Part shown: piece by piece, positions 21,203 to 30,664 of the stretch
How the letters are laid out: every line of letters begins with the position of its first letter
Position numbering within the stretch: the stretch's first letter is position 1
Assembly (NCBI GenBank): GCA_937931795.1
Contig: CALHAP010000068.1
Location: 1,169 to 65,168, forward strand
From: an uncultured Rhodobacteraceae bacterium
GTDB taxonomy: Bacteria > Pseudomonadota > Alphaproteobacteria > Rhodobacterales > Rhodobacteraceae
Length of the DNA stretch: 64,000 nt
Direction: 5' to 3'
Position numbers and translations under genes: made by a program
Notes under the pieces: generated by a model
Seen by the model: only the letters and a program-made list of their open reading frames with translations
What the model was told of the DNA's origin: nothing
Database searches by the model: none

Positions 21203-22763
21203 TGGGGGATCAGAAGGGTTTGAAGTTGGCTATGACGCCAACGGCAAGGTGCAGGTGACCCCTGCGTCCGGCCCCTCCGCACCCGCCGTCGAAGGCATGG
21301 GATGCCAGTCGAAAGACGAGCTGAACAAGGCCGCACGCGATGCAGGTGCCTCAGACATCCTCGACCAATATGCCGCTGATTATCCCGTCGGTCCACATGA
21401 TCAACCGCAGTCGATGTGTCCCGCATTCGGGTCGCTGCGCGTTGGTTTGCGGATGAAGCGGGTGGCCACCGTGCTGTCCGGTTCGGCCTGCTGCGTCTAC
21501 GGCCTGACATTCGTGTCGCATTTCTACGGCGCACGCCGGTCGGTCGGCTATGTGCCGTTCAACTCCGAGACATTGGTGACGGGCAAGCTGTTCGAGGACA
21601 TCCGCGAGAGCGTCCATGAGCTGGCCGACCCCGACAAATACGACGCCATCGTGGTGACAAACCTCTGCGTGCCGACCGCGTCTGGCGTGCCGCTGCGCTT
21701 GCTGCCTCGCGAGATTGACGGTGTGCGCATCGTCGGCATCGACGTTCCCGGTTTCGGGATTCCAACCCATGCCGAGGCCAAGGATGTGCTGGCCGGTGCC
21801 ATGCTGAACTACGCCCGCGAAGAGATCAAAGCGGGCCCAGTCGCGGCCCCCGTGGGCGGTAAATCCGACCGCCCCACCGTATCGCTGTTGGGCGAAATGT
21901 TCCCCGCAGATCCGGTGATGATCGGCGCGATGCTGGCCCCCATGGGCCTCGCCGCTGGTCCCGTGGTCCCGACCCGCGAATGGCGCGAGCTTTATGCAGC
22001 GCTTGATTGTGGTGCTGTCGCTGCCATCCACCCGTTCTATACCGCCAGCGTGCGCGAATTTCAGGCCGCTGGTCGCCCGATTGTGGGCTCTGCGCCTGTG
22101 GGTCATGACGGAACGGCTGCGTGGCTGGCAGGGATTGGTGATGCCTTTGGTCTCGCCGCTGACAAAGTTGCCGCAGCTCAAAACGCATTCCTCCCCGCGA
22201 TCAAAGGGGCGCTGTCCGGCGCCCCGATCAAGGGCACGATCACGCTGTCGGGCTACGAAGGATCAGAACTGCTTGTCGCTCGCCTGTTGATCGAAAGCGG
22301 CGCGCATGTGCCGTATGTCGGCACCGCCTGCCCGAAAACGCCGTGGTCCGAGGCCGACGCCGAATGGCTGGCCGCCAAGGGCGTGAAGGTCAAATTCCGC
22401 GCCTCATTGGAGGACGATCTGGCCGCGATGGAAGGCGTCAAACCCGACCTTGCCATCGGCACCACGCCCGTCGTGCAAAAGGCCAAGGAGCTGGGCATCC
22501 CCGCGCTCTATTTCACCAACCTGATCTCCGCGCGCCCCCTGATGGGGCCAGCCGGTGCAGGTTCGCTCGGCCAAGTCATCAACGCCGCGATTGCGGGCCG
22601 CGACCGCATGGCCGCGATGAAGGATTTCTTCGAGGGCGTCGGCCACGGCGATACCGCCGGTGTCTGGGAAGGCGCGCCGAATCTGCGCCCCGATTTCCGC
22701 GCGCAGCACCAGAAGAAACTCGACAAGATGGCCCGCGCCAAAGCGGCGGAGGCGATGATTTAA
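21192..22763 (+). CDS. bchY: Chlorophyllide a reductase subunit Y
   Basis: 523 aa NifD/BchN-like protein between bchX and bchZ. Overlaps the bchX stop by 11 nt. Confidence 0.85.
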   Translation: MTPDGGSEGFEVGYDANGKVQVTPASGPSAPAVEGMGCQSKDELNKAARDAGASDILDQYAADYPVGPHDQPQSMCPAFGSLRVGLRMKRVATVLSGSACCVYGLTFVSHFYGARRSVGYVPFNSETLVTGKLFEDIRESVHELADPDKYDAIVVTNLCVPTASGVPLRLLPREIDGVRIVGIDVPGFGIPTHAEAKDVLAGAMLNYAREEIKAGPVAAPVGGKSDRPTVSLLGEMFPADPVMIGAMLAPMGLAAGPVVPTREWRELYAALDCGAVAAIHPFYTASVREFQAAGRPIVGSAPVGHDGTAAWLAGIGDAFGLAADKVAAAQNAFLPAIKGALSGAPIKGTITLSGYEGSELLVARLLIESGAHVPYVGTACPKTPWSEADAEWLAAKGVKVKFRASLEDDLAAMEGVKPDLAIGTTPVVQKAKELGIPALYFTNLISARPLMGPAGAGSLGQVINAAIAGRDRMAAMKDFFEGVGHGDTAGVWEGAPNLRPDFRAQHQKKLDKMARAKAAEAMI

Positions 22764-24226
22764 TGCTAGTCATGGATCACGATCGCGCTGGTGGCTATTG
22801 GGGTGCTGTTTATGCATTTTGCGCCGTTAAAGGCCTGCAATGTGTGATAGATGGACCTGTGGGTTGTGAAAACCTGCCCGTCACATCCGTGTTGCACTAC
22901 ACCGACGGCCTGCCGCCACATGAGCTGCCGATTGTTGTCACGGGCCTTGGCGAGACCGAGATGGGTGAGGGCACCGAAGAGGCGATGAAGCGCGCTTGGG
23001 GCGTGCTTGACCCTGCACTTCCCGCTGTTGTTGTCACAGGCTCAATCGCCGAGATGATCGGTGGCGGTGTCACACCGCAGGGCACGAACATCCAACGCTT
23101 CTTGCCGCGCACCATTGATGAGGATCAGTGGGAATCTGCTGACCGCGCCATGACGTGGATTTTCACCGAATTTGGCATGACCAAAGGCCGTATGCCGCCC
23201 GAGAAGAAGCGCGAAGAGGGCGCTGCCCCGCGCGTCAACATCCTCGGGCCGATGTACGGCACGTTCAACATGCCCTCAGACCTCGCCGAAATCCGGCGTT
23301 TGGTTGAAGGTATTGGTGCAGACGTCAACATGGTGATGCCGCTGGGGGCGCATGTGGCCGAAATGCGCAATCTGGTGAACGCAGATGTGAATATCTGCAT
23401 GTACCGCGAGTTTGGGCGGGGCCTGTGCGAAGTGCTGGGCAAACCCTATCTGCAAGCCCCCTTTGGCATTGATTCCACAACGAAATTCCTACGTACGCTG
23501 GGCGAAATGCTGGGCCTTGACCCCGAGCCGTTCATCGAGCGCGAGAAGCATTCGACGCTGAAACCCGTCTGGGATCTGTGGCGCTCGGTCACGCAGGATT
23601 TCTACGCGACCTGCGAGTTCGCCGTGGTCGCCAATGAGACCTACACGCGCGGTATCCGCAAATACCTCGAGGGTGATCTGGGCTTTCCTTGCGCCTTTGG
23701 TGTGTCGCGCCTGCGCGGTAAGAAGACCGACAACGAAGACGTGCGGTCTATGATGCACAGTAAACGTCCGCTGATCGTGTTCGGCTCGATCAATGAGAAA
23801 ATGTATATGGCGGAAATGAAGGGCGGGCATGGACCCAGCCCCTCGTTTATCCCTGCGAGCTTCCCCGGTGCCGCCATTCGCCGTGCGACGGGCACGCCGT
23901 TTATGGGCTACGCCGGTGCCACCTATATCATCCAAGAGGTCTGCAATGGCCTGTTTGATGCGCTGTTTCATATCCTGCCTTTGGGCAGCGAAATGGACGA
24001 AGCCGATGCGACACTGACACCGCTGCGCCGCGATTTCCCGTGGGACGCCGACGCGCAGCAGAAACTTGATGATATCGTCGCCAGCCACCCCATCCTGACC
24101 CGCATTTCTGCGGCCAAATCTCTGCGCGATGCGGCAGAGCGGGCCGCGTTGGATGCGGGCGATGAGCGGGTGGTTTTGGAGACGGTCGAGACACTAGAGA
24201 CACCAAAGGGAGGACAAAAACGATGA
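22763..24226 (+). CDS. bchZ: Chlorophyllide a reductase subunit Z
   Basis: Starts [19 protein letters not shown] at the TAATG junction with bchY, about 487 aa. The ORF-track 5-prime extension to 22343 is an out-of-frame overlap with bchY. Confidence 0.9.
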   Translation: MLVMDHDRAGGYWGAVYAFCAVKGLQCVIDGPVGCENLPVTSVLHYTDGLPPHELPIVVTGLGETEMGEGTEEAMKRAWGVLDPALPAVVVTGSIAEMIGGGVTPQGTNIQRFLPRTIDEDQWESADRAMTWIFTEFGMTKGRMPPEKKREEGAAPRVNILGPMYGTFNMPSDLAEIRRLVEGIGADVNMVMPLGAHVAEMRNLVNADVNICMYREFGRGLCEVLGKPYLQAPFGIDSTTKFLRTLGEMLGLDPEPFIEREKHSTLKPVWDLWRSVTQDFYATCEFAVVANETYTRGIRKYLEGDLGFPCAFGVSRLRGKKTDNEDVRSMMHSKRPLIVFGSINEKMYMAEMKGGHGPSPSFIPASFPGAAIRRATGTPFMGYAGATYIIQEVCNGLFDALFHILPLGSEMDEADATLTPLRRDFPWDADAQQKLDDIVASHPILTRISAAKSLRDAAERAALDAGDERVVLETVETLETPKGGQKR

Positions 24227-24447
24227 CTGATTTCACGTCAGACACACCCGTCACACGCGGGCGCACAGCCCCGCCAAAGCGTGAGTATTACGCCTACTTC
24301 GGGATCATTTTCCTCGCCGCCCTGCCGCTGGCTTTTTTGACCTGGGGCCTGAGTGCCGCACGCCAATTTTCAGTCCCTGAGCGCGGCCCACTGGCACGCG
24401 CGTGGACGCAGGCTCGGATCATAACGCCACATATTTTCTCGGCGTAA
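24223..24447 (+). CDS. pufQ: PufQ
   Basis: 74 aa with one hydrophobic helix ([19 protein letters not shown]). ATGA overlap with bchZ, immediately upstream of pufBA. Size and position match Rhodobacter PufQ. Confidence 0.75.
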   Translation: MTDFTSDTPVTRGRTAPPKREYYAYFGIIFLAALPLAFLTWGLSAARQFSVPERGPLARAWTQARIITPHIFSA

Positions 24448-24601
24448 CAGAATTGGATGTAGGGCTTGGCCGCCCGGCATTCTCAGACTTCGCCTCTCAC
24501 CAATCGGGGGGCAGGCGGAACTACGGCGGGGATGAGCCCCGTCAATACCCGGCCGCGGGGTACGTGCGGTGTCAGAACATAATTTTTCGAAAGGAAAACA
24601 A

Positions 24602-24760
24602 ATGTCTGATGGAAATGACCTGTCCTTTACAGGTTTGACAGACGAGCAAGCGCAGGAATTGCACTCAGTCTACATGAGCGGCTTTGGCCTCTTCGCTATC
24701 GTGGCGACGGTTGCTCATATTCTGACGTACTTCAAACTGCCTTGGTTCTCTTGGGGCTAA
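24602..24760 (+). CDS. pufB: Light-harvesting 1 beta polypeptide
   Basis: 52 aa, ...[33 protein letters not shown] with the BChl-ligand His. AAGGAAAA upstream of ATG 24602. Confidence 0.9.
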   Translation: MSDGNDLSFTGLTDEQAQELHSVYMSGFGLFAIVATVAHILTYFKLPWFSWG

Positions 24761-24775
24761 TAGGAGCACATCAAA

Positions 24776-24940
24776 ATGGCACAGTTTTACAAAATCTGGC
24801 TCATCTTTGATCCGCGTCGCGTTTTCGTGGCTCAGGGTGTGTTTCTGTTTTTGCTTGCAGCGATGATTCACCTCGTCCTGCTCAGTAATCCAACCACAAA
24901 TTGGTTTGAGCGCGCATTCGCTGTTGAGGCAGCGGAATAA
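24776..24940 (+). CDS. pufA: Light-harvesting 1 alpha polypeptide
   Basis: Not in the ORF track (54 aa): [59 protein letters not shown] upstream and a conserved His in the TM helix. Confidence 0.9.
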   Translation: MAQFYKIWLIFDPRRVFVAQGVFLFLLAAMIHLVLLSNPTTNWFERAFAVEAAE

Positions 24941-24964
24941 GCGGCTCGATCCGAGCACAACACC

Positions 24965-24999
24965 GCTGGGGGCGGGGCCTGAAAAATATCGCCCTCAGC
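24965..24999 (+). other. Intercistronic stem-loop downstream of pufA
   Basis: GCTGGGGGCG ... CGCCCTCAGC gives a 10-bp stem (one G-U pair) with a 15-nt loop. An alternative 8-bp pairing is GGCGGGGC (24971-24978) with GCCCCGCC (25028-25035). Confidence 0.5.
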
Positions 25000-25068
25000 A
25001 TATCACACGAATGACGATAATGATGCCGCCCCGCCAAGGACGGCAATCGTCCACAAAGGAGACGGAAG

Positions 25069-25917
25069 ATGGCTCAGCTCAGCTTCGAAAGAAAATACCG
25101 TGTCCGTGGCGGGACACTCGTTGGAGGCGACCTGTTCGACTTCTGGGTGGGGCCTTTTTACGTGGGCTTCTTCGGGGTCACGACGTTCTTTTTCGCCGCC
25201 CTCGGGACGATTTTGATTTTTTACGGGGCCAGCCAAGGCCCGACATGGAACCCGTGGTTGATCTCGATTGATCCGCCGTCGCTGGAATACGGTCTCGGGG
25301 CCGCTCCGCTGCTCGAAGGCGGGCTGTGGCAGATCATCACGATCTGTGCGACGGGTGCGTTTATCAGTTGGGCGCTGCGCGAGGTTGAAATCTGCCGCAA
25401 GCTGGGGATGGGCTATCATGTGCCCGTCGCGTTCAGCGTGGCGATTTTGGCCTATTTGACGCTGGTGTTGATCCGTCCGGTGCTGATGGGTGCTTGGGGG
25501 CATGCGTTTCCCTACGGCATCTTTAGCCACCTCGATTGGGTGAATAATGTGGGCTATGCTTACGGCAATTTCCACTACAACCCGGCTCATATGGTGGCGA
25601 TCACCTTCTTCTTTACGACCTGTTTGGCCCTTGCATTGCACGGCAGCCTCGTGTTGTCCGCGGTCAACCCGGCCAAGGGCGAAGAGGTGAAATCACCTGA
25701 CCACGAAGACACCTATTTCCGCGATTTGATCGGCTATTCGATCGGGCCGCTCGGTATCCACCGTTTGGGTCTATTCTTGGCCCTAAGTGCGGGTTTTTGG
25801 AGTGCTGTTTGTATCGTGATCTCTGGCACCGTCTGGTTCGAAGAGTGGGTCGTCTGGTGGTACTGGTACGTTGATCTGCCATGGTGGATTGATCTTGAGG
25901 GAGGCGTAAATGGCTGA
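25069..25917 (+). CDS. pufL: Photosynthetic reaction centre L subunit
   Basis: 282 aa, [36 protein letters not shown]. The five-TM type II RC signature is unmistakable. Confidence 0.95.
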   Translation: MAQLSFERKYRVRGGTLVGGDLFDFWVGPFYVGFFGVTTFFFAALGTILIFYGASQGPTWNPWLISIDPPSLEYGLGAAPLLEGGLWQIITICATGAFISWALREVEICRKLGMGYHVPVAFSVAILAYLTLVLIRPVLMGAWGHAFPYGIFSHLDWVNNVGYAYGNFHYNPAHMVAITFFFTTCLALALHGSLVLSAVNPAKGEEVKSPDHEDTYFRDLIGYSIGPLGIHRLGLFLALSAGFWSAVCIVISGTVWFEEWVVWWYWYVDLPWWIDLEGGVNG

Positions 25918-26839
25918 GTATCAAAACATTTTCACCCAAGTTCAGGTGGCAGGACCACCTGAGATGGGGATGGACTCGGACGCGGATATCGCCCGTGAAC
26001 GCACCTCCAAGGCAGGCTTTTCCCAACTTGCGGGATTGTTTGGCAACGCCCAATTGGGCCCGATCTATCTGGGCACCTTTGGCATCGTGTCGCTGGCGAC
26101 CGGCTTTGCGTGGTTCTTCATCGTGGGCATGAACTATTGGGCGCAAGCGGGCTATTCGCCCGGCGTCTTTGCCCGCGATCTCTTCTACTTCTCACTAGAA
26201 CCACCGGGCCCTGAATATGGTCTGGGATTTGCACCGCTCAACGAAGGCGGCTGGTGGTTGATTTCCAGCTTCTTCTTGCTGGTCAGCGTCATCAGCTGGT
26301 GGATCCGTACCTACCTGCGCGCCGACGAGCTGGGCATGGGCAAGCACGTGGCATGGGCGTTCGCCTCTGCGATCTGGTTGTTCCTTGTGTTGGGTCTGAT
26401 CCGACCTGTCTTGATGGGCAGCTGGTCCGAGGCTGTGCCTTACGGCATCTTTAGCCATCTTGACTGGACCAACCTGTTCTCGCTGCGGCACGGCAACCTG
26501 TTCTACAACCCGTTCCACGCGCTGAGCATTGTCTTCCTCTACGGATCAGCGCTGCTGTTTGCGATGCACGGGGCCACGATCCTGGCTGTCAGCCGCTTTG
26601 GCGGCGAGCGTGAGATCGAGCAGATCGTTGACCGGGGCACTGCCTCTGAGCGGGCCGCTTTGTTCTGGCGCTGGACCATGGGGTTCAATGCCACGATGGA
26701 GGGCATTCACCGCTGGGCGTGGTGGTTTGCGGTGCTGACGACGCTGACAGGCGGCATCGGTATCCTGCTGTCCGGCACGGTTGTTGATAACTGGTACGTT
26801 TGGGCGCAAGACCACGGTTTTGCCCCGCTCGACCGCTGA
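25910..26839 (+). CDS. pufM: Photosynthetic reaction centre M subunit
   Basis: 309 aa, [13 protein letters not shown]...GPIYLG. Overlaps the pufL end by 8 nt. Confidence 0.95.
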   Translation: MAEYQNIFTQVQVAGPPEMGMDSDADIARERTSKAGFSQLAGLFGNAQLGPIYLGTFGIVSLATGFAWFFIVGMNYWAQAGYSPGVFARDLFYFSLEPPGPEYGLGFAPLNEGGWWLISSFFLLVSVISWWIRTYLRADELGMGKHVAWAFASAIWLFLVLGLIRPVLMGSWSEAVPYGIFSHLDWTNLFSLRHGNLFYNPFHALSIVFLYGSALLFAMHGATILAVSRFGGEREIEQIVDRGTASERAALFWRWTMGFNATMEGIHRWAWWFAVLTTLTGGIGILLSGTVVDNWYVWAQDHGFAPLDR

Positions 26840-26854
26840 TTGGAGGATGATACT

Positions 26855-27100
26855 ATGAGCGATGAACACTTCAGTCTGTTTGAGGGCACACAGTCCCAAC
26901 GTATGGCGCTTGTGGGTGAGGTCACGATCCTCATGCTCAAAGGCGCGGGATATGCGGCTGTCTTTTGTCTGGCAATGTGGGGGGGCTTTGCGGCCCTGAC
27001 CGCCGCCGGGGGATTGCTGCCCGCTGAAAGCCAAGATGCCCTAGATCCGACCCCGTGGTCGCATCTGGATCTGGCCCCATCCGAGCTGGCTTACACCTAA
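26855..27100 (+). CDS. pufX: PufX-like RC-LH1 core complex protein
   Basis: 81 aa, single TM, directly after pufM with GGAGGA 7 nt upstream. ILMLKGAGYAAVF...LLPAESQDALDP resembles R. sphaeroides PufX (QMMKGAGWAGGVF...MLPIQENQAPAP, recalled from memory). Confidence 0.75.
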   Translation: MSDEHFSLFEGTQSQRMALVGEVTILMLKGAGYAAVFCLAMWGGFAALTAAGGLLPAESQDALDPTPWSHLDLAPSELAYT

Positions 27101-27109
27101 ACCAAGATT

Positions 27110-27140
27110 GGATGCGACGCGGATTTCCCGTGCCGCATCC
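27110..27140 (+). other. Stem-loop in the puf 3-prime UTR
   Basis: GGATGCG (27110-27116) pairs perfectly with CGCATCC (27134-27140). Starts 10 nt after the pufX stop, with no U-run. Confidence 0.45.
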
Positions 27141-27184
27141 TGCCGAGGTCGGGCCGTTCCTCCCGGGGTAGCCCGTCATATGAG

Positions 27185-27210
27185 ACACCCGCGTTCCCTG
27201 CGGTGTTTCA
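27185..27210 (+). terminator. Candidate rho-independent terminator of the puf operon
   Basis: ACACCCGC ... GCGGTGT stem (one bulge) followed by TTTCAGTT. A third weak hairpin ends in TTTTTT at 27271-27276. Confidence 0.4.
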
Positions 27211-27355
27211 GTTCCCTTCCTGTTGGCTACAGGAGAATAACGTCGCGATATTCTTATGAATGTTGCGGCGTTTTTTCATGTGGGCCTACGGGCTGCGGCC
27301 TTTCATCACGGATTTGTCGCTTGGCCCCAAGCGGCCCCTCGCGTACTTGGACGCT

Positions 27356-27724
27356 ATGGGGATGTTGGTCCAAAATATCGTTCGATATCTGTGCGTGGCG
27401 CTCGTCGCCGTCGCATTGGGCGGCGTGGGTTTTGCGCATCGGCACAGCGACCCTGTGGATGCTGATATGGCTGCGTTTTTGGCCATAGGCGGCACGCTGG
27501 CGGACATCTGTGACAGCGACGCTGGATCGCAGGATACGATCGTTTCTGATTGCGAAGCCTGCCGATTGGTCAGCGCAGCCAGCCTATCACGTGGTGTCGC
27601 AACCGTTGGGTTATTTGAGCCTGCGGCGCATGAAACACTCATCGTCCGCCCGTTTGACCAATGCACATCCCTATCAACCGCGCGCGTGTCCATGGCCCGC
27701 GCACCGCCCACAACCATCGTCTAA
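27356..27724 (+). CDS. Hypothetical membrane protein, possibly DUF2946-like (copper-associated); start uncertain (27260 or 27356)
   Basis: N-terminal hydrophobic helix IVRYLCVALVAVALGG, then ICDSDAG...SDCEACRL cysteine motifs, directly upstream of PCuAC. No clear SD at either start. Confidence 0.35.
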   Translation: MGMLVQNIVRYLCVALVAVALGGVGFAHRHSDPVDADMAAFLAIGGTLADICDSDAGSQDTIVSDCEACRLVSAASLSRGVATVGLFEPAAHETLIVRPFDQCTSLSTARVSMARAPPTTIV

Positions 27725-27779
27725 CCCGATCAAACCAAATTGCCGCAGATGTTGCGGCGCTCTGAACGAGGACGATGAT

Positions 27780-28316
27780 ATGATATTTAGACCTGCGGCT
27801 GCCTTTGCGGCCTTTGCCCTCTTGGCGCCTTTGGCGTCAGCCCATGAATACACATTGGGCGACCTGACGATCGACCACCCGATGTCCTTTGCCACAGCCG
27901 CGACGGCGCGCACGGGGGCAGGATATGTGGTGATCACCAACACTGGCGAGACTGACGACCGCTTGCTCGCCGCCCGCGCCGATTTCCCCCGCGTCGAGGT
28001 GCATGAGATCGTCGAAGTGGATGATGTGATGTCGATGCAGCACCTTGAGAGCGGTCTGGTTATTCCAGCGGGCGAGACGGTGACCCTACAGCCCGGCGGC
28101 TCTCACGTGATGCTGATGGGGCTGTCCGCACCTTTTGAAGTGGGCGATGAAATCCCCATTACGCTGGTGTTTGAACAGGCGGGCGAGATCGAGGTGATGT
28201 TCAACGTCGAAGCCCGCGCAGGGGCTGAAGAGATGGATCATTCCGAAATGGATCATGGTGAGATGGATCATAGCGATATGAACCACGACAATTCCGAAAC
28301 GGAGGTTTCACAATGA
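27780..28316 (+). CDS. Periplasmic copper chaperone PCu(A)C (DUF461 family)
   Basis: Signal peptide (AAFALLAPLASA), conserved H(M)x10Mx21HxM-type region (EVHEIVEVDDVMSMQH...GGSHVMLMGL) and a Met/His-rich tail. GAGGA 7 nt upstream of the ATG. Confidence 0.8.
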   Translation: MIFRPAAAFAAFALLAPLASAHEYTLGDLTIDHPMSFATAATARTGAGYVVITNTGETDDRLLAARADFPRVEVHEIVEVDDVMSMQHLESGLVIPAGETVTLQPGGSHVMLMGLSAPFEVGDEIPITLVFEQAGEIEVMFNVEARAGAEEMDHSEMDHGEMDHSDMNHDNSETEVSQ

Positions 28317-28903
28317 TCAAACTTGCCAGCAGCTTTGCCGCCTTCACATTGGCCGCAGCACCCGCCCTCGCACAGGACCAATTTGCCGACTGCCGTGCCA
28401 GCACCGTGGGTGCCGCACAGATCGGTGGCCCGTTCGAATTGGTCGATGACACCGGGGCCACTGTAACAGATGCCGACGTGATCACCGGCCCAACATTGGT
28501 CTACTTTGGCTATACATTCTGTCCAGATGTTTGCCCGCTGGACGCTGCCCGCAACGCATTGGCTGTCGATTTTCTGGCAGAGGCGGGCCATGACGGCGTG
28601 ACGCCTGTGTTCATCACCATCGACCCTGCGCGCGACACGGTCGAGATCATGCGCGATTTTGCGGATGTGATGCACGAGGACATGATCGGGCTGACGGGCA
28701 CCGACGAACAGGTCAAAGCCGCTGCAACAGCCTATCGCGCCTTCTACCGCGCGCATAGATCAGGCGACGAGTTCTACCTCGTGGACCATTCGTCATTCAC
28801 TTATCTGATGCTGCCCGAGATCGGTTTTGTCGAGTTTTTCCGCTCGGGCGCCAGCGCAGATGAGGTCGCGGAAGCAACTGCCTGCTATCTCGACGCCTTG
28901 TAG
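28313..28903 (+). CDS. senC: SCO1/SenC (PrrC-like) copper-binding thioredoxin-fold protein
   Basis: 196 aa with an N-terminal anchor, the FGYTFCPDVCP CxxxCP motif and a downstream His. ATGA overlap with the PCuAC gene. Confidence 0.85.
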   Translation: MIKLASSFAAFTLAAAPALAQDQFADCRASTVGAAQIGGPFELVDDTGATVTDADVITGPTLVYFGYTFCPDVCPLDAARNALAVDFLAEAGHDGVTPVFITIDPARDTVEIMRDFADVMHEDMIGLTGTDEQVKAAATAYRAFYRAHRSGDEFYLVDHSSFTYLMLPEIGFVEFFRSGASADEVAEATACYLDAL

Positions 28904-28915
28904 AAAATAAATGGG

Positions 28916-28938
28916 GGAGGGGGCGTTACGCCCCTTCC
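28916..28938. terminator. Hairpin between convergent senC and idi
   Basis: GGAGGGGGCG tta CGCCCCTTCC (10-bp stem, one mismatch). The loop is the idi stop codon. AAAATAAA lies on the plus-strand 5-prime side. Confidence 0.4.
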
Positions 28939-29483
28939 AACGCCCCAAAGATCGCCGCCGCATGGTCGGCCATGTAGATGCGCAGCCAGGGTGTGAATTT
29001 CTCAGGCGTGGCGGCGATCTCGGCCCGCAGTGCCGATAGTTCAACCCAGCGTGCGTCCATCGCCTCGTCCGGGTTCAGCGCCATCGCCAAATCATTAGGG
29101 GCAGTCGCTGTGAAAATATCGACGACCTCGTGTTCGATCAGACCCCCACCCACATCGGCGCGGTATTCGATCCGGTCACGATAGGTCGGCGTCAACCCGC
29201 GCAGGCCCAGCTCTTCGTCCAAACGGCGCACCGCACAAACACTCGGGTCTTCGTCCCATTCAGGATGCGTGCAGCAGGTGTTCGCCCAGAGACCCGGCGT
29301 GTGATATTTGCCCAAAGCGCGCTGCTGGATCAGGGTTTGCGTGCCGCGCATGACAAATACGCTGACCGCCTTGTGGCGCAGCCCGCGCTGATGCACCGCC
29401 AGCTTTTCCACCGGGCGCAACACGCCGTCTTCCCACGCGGGGATCATGATGTCGGTCGGCTGGGGCGTCATATCAAGGCTCAT
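28926..29483 (-). CDS. idi: Isopentenyl-diphosphate delta-isomerase (type 1, Nudix fold)
   Basis: 185 aa with HQRGLRHKAVSVFV, the CCTHP cysteine motif and a Nudix-like EHE region. ATGA overlap with the bchP stop. Confidence 0.85.
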   Translation of the reverse strand: MSLDMTPQPTDIMIPAWEDGVLRPVEKLAVHQRGLRHKAVSVFVMRGTQTLIQQRALGKYHTPGLWANTCCTHPEWDEDPSVCAVRRLDEELGLRGLTPTYRDRIEYRADVGGGLIEHEVVDIFTATAPNDLAMALNPDEAMDARWVELSALRAEIAATPEKFTPWLRIYMADHAAAIFGALEGA

Positions 29484-30661
29484 GTTCGGTTGGGCGAGAC
29501 GATTCCCAACAGGTGCGAGAGGTTTTTAATGCCGATTTTGAGATGTGCCAAGGGGCGGGCTTTGACCAATTTCTTGTTCATATAGGCCTCGAACGTCAAG
29601 CGCTGCACATCGACGTCATGACACAGCGATACGAACCGCTCGCGGCGTTCGTCGCTCTTGTAGTAGGCGTTTTGCATCGCACCTAGAACGCGGAAAACTT
29701 GCTTGTGCTCTTTCATGAACAGCTTGCGCGCCAGTTGCAGATCGCTCGCGCGACCTGTCTTGAGACACGCGGCGGCTGCGGTCGCCGCAACCCGTCCGCC
29801 CATCATCGCATAATAAATCCCTTCGCCAGACGAGGGGGCGACAACGCCCGCCGCATCGCCCGCGAGCACCACATCCCGGCCATTGTCCCAGCGATCCAGC
29901 GGTTTGAGCGGAATGGGCGCGCCTTCTTTGCGGATGGTTTTGCAGTCGGACAGGCCCGATGCAGCCCGCAGAGCAGCGGTCGCCTCTTTCAAATCCACGT
30001 CCTTGACCATTGACCCCATGCCGACGCTGGCAGACGTGCCATGCGGGAAAACCCAGCCGTAGAAATCAGGGCTAATCTTGCCGTCGTAAATGACATCACA
30101 GCGCTTGGGGTCGTAGACGGCTGTGGCGTCAGGGGCTTCGATAATCTCGTGGTAAGCGATGACATAGGGGATCGCGTCGCCACCGGGCACTTCGTCGCGT
30201 GCCACGTTCGAGCGTGCGCCATCGGCCCCGATCACCAGCTTGGTCTCTAGCATCATCTCGTTGCCGCTGATCTTGTCGCGGTAGACGACGCTGGTCACAT
30301 CCTCGTCACGCTCGATCCGCAGGAAAGTGCCGGTGTAGCGATGCACGCCCGCTTGTTTGGCACGGTCCCGCAGAAATTCGTCGAAATGCTCGCGGTCGAC
30401 CATGCCCACATAGCCGTTCTCAATCGGGATATCGACCTGCCGACCGGTGGGGGAAATCATGCGTGCTGTGTTGATCTTGGCCACGATCTGGCTGTCGGGG
30501 ATGGCAAAATCCGCAACGGCACGCGGCGGGATGGCACCGCCGCAGGGCTTGATCCGGCCGGCGCGGTCCAGCATCGCGACGCTATGCCCCGAGCGGGTGA
30601 GATCTTCGGCGGCTGTGGCCCCTGACGGGCCGCCGCCTATGACGATGACATCATATTTCAT
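29480..30661 (-). CDS. bchP: Geranylgeranyl diphosphate/bacteriochlorophyll reductase
   Basis: 393 aa with FAD motif YDVIVIGGGPSGATAA and ChlP/BchP family features. Synteny with bchG. Confidence 0.9.
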   Translation of the reverse strand: MKYDVIVIGGGPSGATAAEDLTRSGHSVAMLDRAGRIKPCGGAIPPRAVADFAIPDSQIVAKINTARMISPTGRQVDIPIENGYVGMVDREHFDEFLRDRAKQAGVHRYTGTFLRIERDEDVTSVVYRDKISGNEMMLETKLVIGADGARSNVARDEVPGGDAIPYVIAYHEIIEAPDATAVYDPKRCDVIYDGKISPDFYGWVFPHGTSASVGMGSMVKDVDLKEATAALRAASGLSDCKTIRKEGAPIPLKPLDRWDNGRDVVLAGDAAGVVAPSSGEGIYYAMMGGRVAATAAAACLKTGRASDLQLARKLFMKEHKQVFRVLGAMQNAYYKSDERRERFVSLCHDVDVQRLTFEAYMNKKLVKARPLAHLKIGIKNLSHLLGIVSPNRT

Positions 30662-30664
30662 GAC

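Noticed and set aside
22343-22762. Long 5-prime extensions in the ORF track (bchZ from 22343, bchH from 38647, bchL from 42239, bchM from 43143, the pucC-like gene to 32362, hemA from 49613, bchI to 55096, crtC to 15842)
   Set aside because: The extensions read out of frame across the preceding conserved gene and give Arg-rich nonsense. Conserved N-termini with an SD or 4-nt coupling begin further downstream. crtC is the exception and is reported as a finding.
24402-24638. 78-aa ORF spanning the pufQ-pufB gap, and 24906-25271 spanning pufA-pufL
   Set aside because: Both overlap the real pufQ/pufB or pufL frames and have no SD or conserved features. The gaps are better explained as structured mRNA leader and intercistronic regions.
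26840-27100. Looked for a pufC (RC cytochrome subunit) downstream of pufM
   Set aside because: There is no ORF with multiple CxxCH haem motifs anywhere in 26.8-29 kb. The only ORF after pufM is the 81-aa PufX-like protein. The ATG at 26840 was also rejected as its start, because the SD is positioned for 26855.
27108-27488. ORFs 27108-27488 and 27256-27465 in the region after pufX
   Set aside because: The translations are Arg/Cys-rich with no motifs and no SD, and they overlap the hairpin-rich 3-prime UTR. I treated them as non-coding. Only the 27260/27356-27724 frame shows a TM helix plus Cys motifs, and it is kept at low confidence.
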